From NCBI RefSeq assembly GCF_963921235.1, contig NC_086108.1:2046001-2110000 (forward strand): 64,000 bases of DNA, written 5' to 3'. The position numbers and the translations under genes were made by a program. Below the pieces are notes generated by a model that ran no database searches, was not told the DNA's origin, and saw only the letters and a list, made by a program, of their open reading frames with translations. Origin of the DNA: Mobula hypostoma. Taxonomy: Eukaryota. This document shows positions 39,470-51,200 of the stretch, one piece after another (the stretch's first letter is position 1; each line of letters begins with the position of its first letter).

Positions 39470-42255
39470 GTAGAGACGAGGGGAGTTGGTCACGGGTAGA
39501 TACGAGGGGAGTTGGTCATGGGTAGAGATGATGGGGAGTTGGTCACGGGTAGAGACGACGGGAGTTGGTCACGGGTAGAGACGACGGGAGGTGGTCACGG
39601 GTGGAGACGAGGGGAGCTGGTCACGGGTGGAGACGAGGGGAGTTGGTCACGGGTGGAGACGTGGGGAGTTGTTCAAGGGTGGAGACGAGGGGAGTTGTTC
39701 ACGGGTAGAGACGAGGGGAGTTGGTCACGGGTAGAGACGGGGGGAGTTGGTCATGGGTAGAGTTGACGGAGTGTTGGTCATGTGTAGAGATGACGGAGAG
39801 TTGGTCATGGGTAGAGACGAGGGGAGTTGGTCATGGGTAGAGATGAGGGAGAGTGGTTCATGGGTAGAGACGAGGGAGAGTTGGTCACTGGTAGAGACGA
39901 GGGGAGTTGATCACGCGTAGAGACGAGGGGAGCTGGTCACGGGTAGAGACGAGGGAGATTTGGTCACGGGTTGAGACGAGGGGAGTTGGTCACGGGTAGA
40001 GACGAGGGGAGTTGTTCACGGGTCGAGACGAGGGTGAGTTGTTCACGGGTAGAGACGAGGGAGAGTTGGTCACGGGTAGAGATGAGGTGAGTTGGTCACG
40101 GGTAGAGAGAGGTGAGTTGTTCACGGGTAGAGATGGGGGGAGTTGGTCACGGGTAGAAAAGAGGGGAGTTGTTCACGGGTCGAGACGAGGGTGAGTTGTT
40201 CACGGGTAGAGACGAGGGAGAGTTGGTCACGGGTAGAGATGAGGTGAGTTGGTCACGGGTAGAGAGAGGTGTGTTGGTCACGGGTAGAGATGGGGGGAGT
40301 TGGTCACGGGTAGAGACGAGGGGTGTTGGTCACGGGTAGAGACGAGGGAGAGTTGGTCACGCGTAGAGGCGAGGGGAGTTGGTCACGGGTAAAGATGAGA
40401 GGGAGTTGGTCACGGGTAGAGACGTGGGGAGTTGGTCACGGGTAGAGACGAGGGGAGTTGGTCATGGGTAGAGATGACGGAGAGTTGGTCATGGGTAGAG
40501 ACGAGGGGAGTTGGTCATGGGTAGAGATGACGGAGAGTTGGTCACGGGTAGAGACGAGGGGCGTTGGTCACGGTTAGAGACGAGTGAGAGTTGGTCATTG
40601 GTAGAGACGAGGGGTGTTGGTCACGCGTAGAGACGAGGGGAGTTGGTCACGGGTAGATACGAGTGCAGTTGGTCACGGGTAGAGACGAGTGGAGTTGGTC
40701 ACGGGTAGAGACGCGGGAGAGTTGGTCACGGGTAGAGACGAGTGGCGTTCGTTACGCGTAGAGACGAGGGGAGTTGGTCACGGATAGAGACGAGGGGAGT
40801 TGTTCTCGGGTAGAGTCGAGGGGAGTTGTTCACGGGTAGAGATGAGGGGAGTTGTTAACGGGTAGAGACGAGGGGAGTTGGTCACGGGTAGATACGAGGG
40901 GAGTTGGTCATGGGTAGAGATGATGGGGAGTTGGTCACGGGTAGAGACGACGGGAGTTGGTCACGGGTAGAGACGACGGGAGGTGGTCACGGGTGGAGAC
41001 GAGGGGAGCTGGTCACGGGTGGAGACGAGGGGAGTTGGTCACGGGTGGAGACGTGGGGAGTTGTTCAAGGGTGGAGACGAGGGGAGTTGTTCACGGGTAG
41101 AGACGAGGGGAGTTGGTCACGGGTAGAGACGGGGGGAGTTGGTCATGGGTAGAGTTGACGGAGTGTTGGTCATGTGTAGAAATGACGGAGAGTTGGTCAT
41201 GGGTAGAGACGAGGGGAGTTGGTCATGGGTAGAGATGAGGGAGAGTGGTTCATGGGTAGAGACAAGGGAGAGTTGGTCACTGGTAGAGACGAGGGGAGTT
41301 GATCACGCGTAGAGACGAGGGGAGCTGGTCACGGGTAGAGACGAGGGAGATTTGGTCACGGGTTGAGACGAGGGGAGTTGGTTACGGGTAGAGACGAGGG
41401 GAGTTGTTCACGGGTCGAGACGAGGGTGAGTTGTTCACGGGTAGAGACGAGGGAGAGTTGGTCACGGGTAGAGATGAGGTGAGTTGGTCACGGGTAGAGA
41501 GAGGTGAGTTGTTCACGGGTAGAGATGGGGGGAGTTGGTCACGGGTAGAGACGAGGGGAGTTGTTCACGGGTCGAGACGAGGGTGAGTTGTTCACGGGTA
41601 GAGACGAGGGAGAGTTGGTCACGGGTAGAGATGAGGTGAGTTGGTCACGGGTAGAGAGAGGTGAGTTGTTCACGGGTAGAGATGGGGGGAGTTGGTCACG
41701 GGTAGAGACGAGGGGTGTTGGTCACGGGTAGAGACGAGGGAGAGTTGGTCACGCGTAGAGGCGAGGGGAGTTGGTCACGGGTAAAGATGAGAGGGAGTTG
41801 GTCACGGGTAGAGACGTGGGGAGTTGGTCACGGGTAGAGACGAGGGGAGTTGCTCATGGGTAGAGATGACGGAGAGTTGGTCATGGGTAGAGACGAGGGG
41901 AGTTGGTCATGGGTAGAGATGACGGAGAGTTGGTCACGGGTAGAGACGAGGGGCGTTGGTCACGGTTAGAGACGAGTGAGAGTTGGTCATTGGTAGAGAC
42001 GAGGGGTGTTGGTCACGCGTAGAGACGAGGGGAGTTGGTCACGGGTAGATACGAGTGGAGTTGGTCACGGGTAGAGACGAGTGGAGTTGGTCACGGGTAG
42101 AGACGCGGGAGAGTTGGTCACGGGTAGAGACGAGTGGCGTTCGTTACGCGTAGAGACGAGGGGAGTTGGTCACGGATAGAGACGAGGGGAGTTGTTCTCG
42201 GGTAGAGTCGAGGGGAGTTGTTCACGGGTAGAGATGAGGGGAGTTGTTAACGGGT
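39470..42255 (+). repeat. Higher-order tandem duplication, period 1392 bp
   Basis: The A marker at 40743/42135 and ORFs 39512/40904 and 40012/41404 are 1392 apart. Both copies share the short GGTAGAGAGAGGTGAG monomers. Confidence 0.9.
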
Positions 42256-45200
42256 AGAGACGAGGGAAGTTGGTCACGGGTAGAGACGAGGGGTGTTGGT
42301 CACGGGTAGAGATGAGGGGAGTTGGTCACGGGGAGAGACGACGGGGAGTTGGTCACGGGGAGAGACGAGGGGAGTTGGTCACAGGTAGAGACGAGGGGGA
42401 CTTGGTCACGGGTAGAGAGGAGGGGGATTTGGTCACGGGTAGAGAGGAGGGGTGTTGGTCACGGGTAGAGAGGAGGGGTGTTGGTCACGGATAGAGACGG
42501 GGGGATTTGGTCACGGATAGAGACGAGGGGTGTTGGTCACGGGTAGAGACGACGGAGAGTTGGTCACGGGAGGAGACGAGGGGAGTTGGTCATGGGTAGA
42601 GATGATGGAGAGTTGGTCACGGGTAGAGACGAGGAGAGTTGGTCACGGTTAGAGACGAAGGGAGTTGGTCACGGGTAGAGACAAGGGGGAGTTGGTCACG
42701 GGTAGAGACGAGGGGAGTTGGTCACGGGTAGAGAGGAGGGGTGTTGGTCACGGGTAGAGAGGAAGGGTGTTGGTCACGGGTATAGACGGTGGGAGTTGGT
42801 CACGGGTGGAGACGGGTGGAGTTGGTCACGGGTAGAGATGGGGGGAGTTAGTCACGGATAGAGACGGTGGGTGTTGGTCACGGGTAGAGACGAGGGAGAG
42901 TTGGTCACGGGTAGAGACGAGGGGAGTTGGTCACGGGCAGAAACGAGGAGAGCTGGTCACGGGTAGAGACGAGGGGAGCTGGTCACGGGTAGAGACGAGG
43001 GGAGTTGGTCACGGGTAGAGACGAGGGAGATTTGGTCACGCGTAGAGACGAGGGGAGTTGGTCCCGAGTCGAGACAATGGGAGTTGGTCACGGGTAGAGA
43101 CGAGGGGAGAGTTGGTCAGTGGTAGAGACGAGGAGAGTTGGTCACGGGTAGAGACGAGGGGAGTTGGTCACGGGTAGAGACGAGGGGGAGTTGGTCATGG
43201 GTAGAGACGAGCGGGAGTTGGTCATCGGTAGAGATGATGGAGAGTTGGTCACGGGTAGAGACGAGGAGAGTTGGTCACGGGTAGAGACGAGGCGAGTTGG
43301 TCACGGGTAGAGACGAGGGGAGTTGGTCACGGGTAGAGACGAGGGGGAGTTGGTCATGGGTAGAGAATAGCGGGAGTTGGTCATGGGTAGAGATGATGGA
43401 GAGTTGGTCACGGGTAGAGACGAGGAGAGTTGGTCATGGGTAGAGACGAGGGGAGTTGGTGACGGGTAGAGACGAGGGGAGTTGGTCATGGGTAGAGATG
43501 ACGGAGAGTTGGTCATGGGTAGAGACGAGGGGAGTTAGTCATGGATAGAGATGACGGAGAGTTGGTCACGGGTAGAGACGAGGGGAGTTGGTCACGGGTA
43601 GAGACGAGGGAGAGTTGGTCACGGGTAGAGACGAGTGGCGTTCGTTACGCGTAGAGACGAGGGGAGTTGGTCACGGATAGAGACGAGGGGAGTTGTTCTC
43701 GGGTAGAGTCGAGGGGAGTTGTTCACGGGTAGAGATGAGGGGAGTTGTTAACGGGTAGAGACGAGGGGAGTTGGTCACGTGTAGAGACGAGGGGAGTTGG
43801 TCACGGGTAGAGATGAGGGGAGTTGGTCACGGGGAGAGACGACGGGGAGTTGGTCACGGGGAGAGACGAGGGGAGTTGGTCACGGGTAGAGACGAGGGGG
43901 ACTTGGTCACGGGTAGAGAGGAGGGGGATTTGGTCACGGGTAGAGAGGAGGGGTGTTGGTCACGGGTAGAGAGGAGGGGTGTTGGTCACGGGTAGAGACA
44001 GGGGGAGTTGGTCACGGGTAGAGACGAGGGGAGTTGGTCACGGGTAGAGACGGGGGGAGTTGGTCACGGATAGAGACGAGGGGTGTTGGTCACGGGTAGA
44101 GACGACGGAGAGTTGGTCACGGGTAGAGACGAGGGGATTTGGTCATGGGTAGAGATGATGGAGAGTTGGTCACGGGTAGAGACGAGGAGAGTTGGTCATT
44201 GGTAGAGACGAGGGGTGTTGGTCACGCGTAGAGACGAGGGGAGTTGGTCACGGGTAGAGACGAGGGGGAGTTGGTCACGGGTAGAGACGAGTGGAGTTGG
44301 TCACGGGTAGAGACGCGGGAGAGTTGGTCACGGGTAGAGACGAGTGGCGTTCGTTACGCGTAGAGACGAGGGGAGTTGGTCACGGATAGAGACGAGGGGA
44401 GTTGTTCTCGGGTAGAGTCGAGGGGAGTTGTTCACGGGTAGATATGAGGGGAGTGTTAACGTGTAGAGACGAGGGGAGTTGGTCACGGGTAGAGACGAGG
44501 GGAGTTGGTCACGGGTAGAGATGAGGGGAGTTGGTCACGGGGAGAGACGACGGGGAGTTGGTCACGGGGAGAGACGAGGGGAGTTGGTCACGGGTAGAGA
44601 CGAGGGGGACTTGGTCACGGGTAGAGAGGAGGGGGATTTGGTCACGGGTAGAGAGGAGGGGTGTTGGTCACGGGTAGAGAGGAGGGGTGTTGGTCACGGG
44701 TAGAGACAGGGGGAGTTGGTCACGGGTAGAGACGAGGGGAGCTGGTCACGGATAGAGACGGGGGGATTTGGTCACGGATAGAGACGAGGGGTGTTGGTCA
44801 CGGGTAGAGATGACGGAGAGTTGGTCACGCGTAGAGACGAGGGGAGTTGGTCACGGGTAGAGACGAGAGGGAGTTGGTCACGGGTAGAGACGAGGGGGAG
44901 TTGGTCACGGGTAGAGACGAGGGGAGTTGGTCACGGATAGAGACGAGGGGAGTTGTTCTCGGGTAGAGTCGAGGGGAGTTGTTCACGGGTAGAGATGAGG
45001 GGAGTTGTTAACGGGTAGAGACGAGGGGAGTTGGTCACGGGTAGAGACGAGGGGAGTTGGTCACGGGTAGAGATGAGGGGAGTTGGTCACGGGGAGAGAC
45101 GACGGGGAGTTGGTCACGGGGAGAGACGAGGGGAGTTGGTCACAGGTAGAGACGAGGGGGACTTGGTCACGGGTAGAGAGGAGGGGGATTTGGTCACGGG

Positions 45201-48200
45201 TAGAGAGGAGGGGTGTTGGTCATGGGTAGAGAGGAGGGGTGTTGGTCACGGGCAGAGACAGGGGTAGTTGGTCACGGGCAGAGACGGGGGGAGTTGGTCA
45301 CGGATAGAGACAGGGGGATTTGGTCACGGATAGAGACGAGGGGTGTTGGTCACGGGTAGAGACGACGGAGAGTTGGTCACGGGTAGAGACGAGGGGAGTT
45401 GGTCATGGGTAGAGATGATGGAGAGCTGGTCACGGGTAGAGACGAGGAGAGTTGGTCACGGTTAGAGACGAAGGGAGTTGGTCACGGGTAGAGACGAGGG
45501 GGAGTTGGTCACGGGTAGAGACGAGGGGAGTTGGTCACGGGTAGAGAGGAGGGGTGTTGGTCACGGGTAGAGAGGAAGGGTGTTGGTCACGGGTATAGAC
45601 GGGGGGAGTTGGTCACGGGTGGAGACGGGGGGAGTTGGTCACGGGTAGAGATGGGGGGAGTTGGTCACGGATAGAGACGGTGGGTGTTGGTCACGGGTAG
45701 AGACGAGGGGAGCTGGTCACGGGTAGAGACGAGGGGAGTTGGTCACGGGTAGAGACGAGGGAGATTTGGTCACGCGTAGAGACGAGGGGAGTTGGTCCCG
45801 AGTCGAGACGATGGGAGTTGGTCACGGGTAGAGACGAGGGGAGAGTTGGTCAGTGGTAGAGACGAGGAGAGTTGGTCACGGGTAGAGACGAGGGGAGTTG
45901 GTCACAGGTAGAGACGAGGGGAGTTGGTCACGGGTAGAGACGAGGGGGAGTTGGTCATGGGTAGAGACGAGCGGGAGTTGGTCATGGGTAGAGATGATGG
46001 AGAGTTGGTCACGGGTAGAGACGAGGAGAGTTGGTCACGGGTAGAGACGAGGCGAGTTGGTCACGGGAAGAGACGAGGGGAGTTGGTCACGGGTAGAGAC
46101 GAGGGGGAGTTGGTCATGGGTAGAGACGAGCGGGAGTTGGTCACGGGAAGAGACGAGGGGGACTTGGTCACGGGTAGAGAGGAGGGGGATTTGGTCACGG
46201 GTACAGAGGAGGTGTGTTGGTCACGGGTAGAGAGGAGGGGTGTTGGTCACGGGTACAGGCAGGGGGAGTTGGTCACGGGTAGAGACAGGGGGAGTTGGTC
46301 ACGGATAGAGACGGGGGGATTTGGTCACGGATAGAGACGAGGGGTGTTGGTCACGGGTAGAGACGACGGAGAGTTGGTCACGGTTAGAGACGAAGGGAGT
46401 TGGTCACGGGTAGAGACGAGGGGGAGTTGGTCACGGGTAGAGACGAGGGGGAGTTGGTCACGGGTAGAGACGAGGGGAGTTGGTCACGGGTAGAGAGGAG
46501 GGGTGTTGGTCACGGGTAGAGAGGAAGGGTGTTGGTCACGGGTATAGACGGGGGAGTTGGTCACGGGTGGAGATGGGGGGAGTTGGTCACGGGTAGAGAT
46601 TGGGGGAGTTGGTCACGGATAGAGACGGGGGGTGTTGGTCACGGGTAGAGACGAGGGAGAGTTGGTCACGGGTAGAGATGAGGGGAGTTGGTCACGGGCA
46701 GAAACGAGGGGAGCTGGTCACGGGTAGAGACGAGGGGAGCTGGTCACGGGTAGAGACGAGGGGAGTTGGTCACGGGTAGAGACGCGGGAGAGTTGGTCAC
46801 GGATAGAGACGAGGGGAGTTGTTCTCGGGTAGAGTCGAGGGGAGTTGTTCACGGGTAAAGATGAGGGGAGTTGTTAACGGGTAGAGACGAGGGGAGCTGG
46901 TCACGGGTAGAGACGACGGGGAGTTGGTCACGGGTAGAGACGAGGGGGAGTTGGTCACGGGTAGAGACGAGGGGAGTTGGTCACGGGTAGAGAGGAGGGG
47001 TGTTGGTCACGGGTAGAGAGGAAGGGTGTTGGTCACGGGTATAGACGGGGGGAGTTGGTCACGGGTGGAGACGGGGGGAGTTGGTCACGGGTAGAGACGA
47101 GGGAGATTTGGTCACGCGTAGAGACGAGGGGAGTTGGTCACGGGTAGAGACGAGGGGGAGTTGGTCATGGGTAGAGACGAGGGGAGTTGGTCACGGGTAG
47201 AGACGAGGGGAGAGTTGGTCAGTGGTAGAGACGAGGAGAGTTGGTCACGGGTAGAGACGAGGGGAGTTGGTCACAGGTAGAGACGAGGGGAGTTGGTCAC
47301 GGGTAGAGACGAGGGGGAGTTGGTCATGGGTAGAGACGAGCGGGAGTTGGTCATGGGTAGAGATGATGGAGAGTTGGTCACGGGTAGAGACGAGGAGAGT
47401 TGGTCACGGGTAGAGACGAGGCGAGTTGGTCACGGGTAGAGACGAGGGGAGTTGGTCACGGGTAGAGACGACGGGGAGTTGGTCATGGGTAGAGACGAGC
47501 GGGAGTTGGTCATGGGGAGAGATGATGGAGAGTTGGTCACGTGTAGAGACGAGGAGAGTTGGTCATGGGTAGAGACGAAGGGAGTTGGTCACGGATAGGG
47601 ACGAGGGGGAGTTGGTCACGGATAGAGACGAGGAGAGTTGGTCACGGGTAAAGATGAGAGGGAGTTGGTCACGGGTAGAGACGAGGGGAGTTGGTCACGG
47701 GTAGAGACGAGGGGAGTTGGTCATGGGTAGAGATGACGGAGAGTTGGTCATGGGTAGAGACGAGGGGAGTTAGTCATGGATAGAGATGACGGAGAGTTGG
47801 TCACGGGTAGAGACGAGGGGCGTTGGTCACGGGTAGAGACGAGGGAGAGTTGGTCATTGGTAGAGACGAGGGGTGTTGGTCACGCGTAGAGACGAGGGGA
47901 GTTGGTCACGGGTAGAGACGAGTGGAGTTGGTCACGGGTAGAGACGAGTGGAGTTGGTCACGGGTAGAGACGCGGGAGAGTTGGTCACGGGTAGAGACGA
48001 GTGGCGTTCGTTACGCGTAGAGACGAGGGGAGTTGGTCACGGATAGAGACGAGGGGAGTTGTTCTCGGGTAGAGTCGAGGGGAGTTGTTCACGGGTAGAG
48101 ACGAGGGGAGTTGTTAACGGGTAGAGACGAGGGGAGTTGGTCACGGGTAGAGACGAGGGGAGTTGGTCACGGGTAGAGACGAGGGGAGTTGGTCACGGGG

Positions 48201-51200
48201 AGAGACGACGGGGAGTTGGTCACGGGGAGAGACGAGGGGAGTTGGTCACGGGTAGAGACGAGGGGGACTTGGTCACGGGTAGAGAGGAGGGGGATTTGGT
48301 CACGGGTAGAGAGGAGGTGTGTTGGTCACGGGTAGAGAGGAGGGGTGTTGGTCACGGGTAGAGACAGGGGGAGTTGGTCACGGGTAGAGACAGGGGGAGT
48401 TGGTCACGGATAGAGACAGGGGGATTTGGTCACGGATAGAGACGAGGGGTGTTGGTCACGGGTAGAGACGATGGAGAGTTGGTTACGGGTAGAGACGAGG
48501 GGAGTTGGTCATGGGTAGAGATGATGGAGAGTTGGTCACGGGTAGAGACAAGGAGAGTTGGTCACGGTTAGAGACGAAGGGAGTTGGTCACGGGTAGAGA
48601 CGAGGGGGAGTTGGTCACGGGTAGAGACGAGGGGGAGTTGGTCACGGGTAGAGAGGAGGGGTGTTGGTCACGGGTAGAGAGGAAGGGTGTTGGTCACGGG
48701 TATAGACGGGGGAGTTGGTCACGGGTGGAGACGGGGGGAGTTGGTCACGGGTAGAGATTGGGGGAGTTGGTCACGGATAGAGACGGGGGGTGTTGGTCAC
48801 GGGTAGAGACGAGGGAGAGTTGGTCACGGGTAGAGATGAGGGGAGTTGGTCACGGGCAGAAACGAGGGGAGCTGGTCACGGGTAGAGACGAGGGGAGCTG
48901 GTCACGGGTAGAGACGAGGGGAGTTGGTCACGGGTAGAGACGAGGGGAGTTGGTCACGGGTAGAGACGAGGGGAGTTGGTCACGGGTAGAGACGAGGGGA
49001 GTTGGTCACGGGTAGAGACGAGGGGAGTTGGTCACGGGTAGAGACGAGGGGAGTTGGTCATGGGTAGAGACGATGGGGAGTTGGTCACGGGTAGAGAGGT
49101 GGGGTGTTGGTCACGGGTAGAGAGGAGGGGAGTTGGTCACGGGTAGAGACGAGGGGAGTTGGTCACGGGTAGAGACGGGGGGAGTTGGTCACGGATAGAG
49201 ACGGGGGGATTTGGTCATGGATAGAGACGAGGGGTGTTGGTCACAGGTAGAGACGACGGAGAGTTGGTCACGGGTAGAGACGAGGGGATTTGGTCATGGG
49301 TAGAGATGATGGAGAGTTGGTCACGGGTAGAGACGAGGAGAGTTGGTCATTGGTAGAGACGAGAGGTGTTGGTCACGCGTAGAGACGAGGGGAGTTGGTC
49401 ACGGGCAGATGCGAGTGCGGTTGGTCACGGGTAGAGACGAGTGGAGTTGGTCATGGGTAGAGACGCGGGAGAGTTGGTCACGGGTAGAGACGAGTGGCGT
49501 TCGTTACGCTTAGAGACGAGGGGAGTTGGTCACGGATAGAGACGAGGGGAGTTGTTCTCGGGTAGAGTCGAGGGGAGTTGTTCACGGGTAGAGATGAGGG
49601 GAGTTGTTAACGGGTAGAGACGAGGGGAGTTGGTCACGGGTAGAGACGAGGGGAGTTGGTCACGGGTAGAGACGAGGGGAGTTGGTCACGGGGAGAGACG
49701 ACGGGGAGTTGGTCACGGGGAGAGACGAGGGGAGTTGGTCACGGGTAGAGACGAGGGGAGTTGGTCACGGGTAGAGACGAGGGGGAGTTGGTCACGGGTC
49801 GAGAGGAGGGGTGTTGGTCACGGGTCGAGAGGAGGGGTGTTGGTCACGGGTAGAGACGAGGGGAGTTGGTCACGGGTAGAGACGGGGGGAGTTGGTCACG
49901 GGTAGAGACGAGGGGAGTTGGTCACGGGTAGAGACGAGGGGTGTTGGTCACGGGTAGAGACGAGGGGAGTTGGTCACGGGTAGAGACGAGGGGAGTTGGT
50001 CACGGGTAGAGATGATGGAGAGTTGGTCACGGGTAGAGACGAGGAGAGTTGGTCACGGTTAGAGACGAAGGGAGTTGGTCACGGGTAGAGACGAGGGGGA
50101 GTTGGTCACGGGTAGAGACGAGGGGGAGTTGGTCACGGGTAGAGACGAGGGGAGTTGGTCACGGGTAGAGAGGAGGGGTGTTGGTCACGGGTAGAGAGGA
50201 AGGGTGTTGGTCACGGGTAGAGACGGGGGGAGTTGGTCACGGGTGGAGACGGGGGGAGTTGGTCACGGGTAGAGATGGGGGGAGTTGGTCACGGATAGAG
50301 ACGGGGGGTGTTGGTCACGGGTAGAGACGAGGGAGAGTTGGTCACGGGTAGAGACGAGGGGAGTTGGTCCCGAGTCGAGACGTTGGGAGTTGGTCACGGG
50401 TAGAGACGAGGGGAGAGTTGGTCAGTGGTAGAGACGAGGAGAGTTGGTCACGGGTAGAGACGAGGGGAGTTGGTCACGGGTAGAGACGAGGGGAGTTGGT
50501 CACGGGTAGAGACGAGGGGGAGTTGGTCACGGGTAGAGACGAGGGGAGTTGGTCATGGGTAGAGATGATGGAGAGTTGGTCACGGGTAGAGACGAGGAGA
50601 GTTGGTCATGGGTAGAGACGAAGGGAGTTGGTCACGGGTAGGGACGAGGGGGAGTTGGTCACGGGTAGAGACGAGGGGAGTTGGTCACGGGTAAAGATGA
50701 GAGGGAGTTGGTCACGGGTAGAGACGAGGGGAGTTGGTCACGGGTAGAGACGAGGGGAGTTGGTCATGGGTAGAGATGACGGAGAGTTGGTCATGGGTAG
50801 AGACGAGGGGAGTTGGTCATGGGTAGAGATGACGGAGAGTTGGTCACGGGTAGAGACGAGGGGCGTTGGTCACGGGTAGAGACGAGGGAGAGTTGGTCAT
50901 TGGTAGAGACGAGGGGTGTTGGTCACGCGTAGAGACGAGGGGAGTTGGTCACGGGTCGATACGAGTGTAGTTGGTCACGGGTAGAGACGAGTGGAGTTGG
51001 TCACGGGTAGAGACGCGGGAGAGTTGGTCACGGGTAGAGACGAGTGACGTTCATTACGCGTAGAGACGAGGGGAGTTGGTCACGGATAGAGACGAGGGGA
51101 GTTGTTCTCGGGTAGAGTCGAGGGGAGTTGTTCACGGGTAGAGATGAGGGGAGTTGTTAACGGGTAGAGACGAGGGGAGTTGGTCACGTGTAGAGACGAG

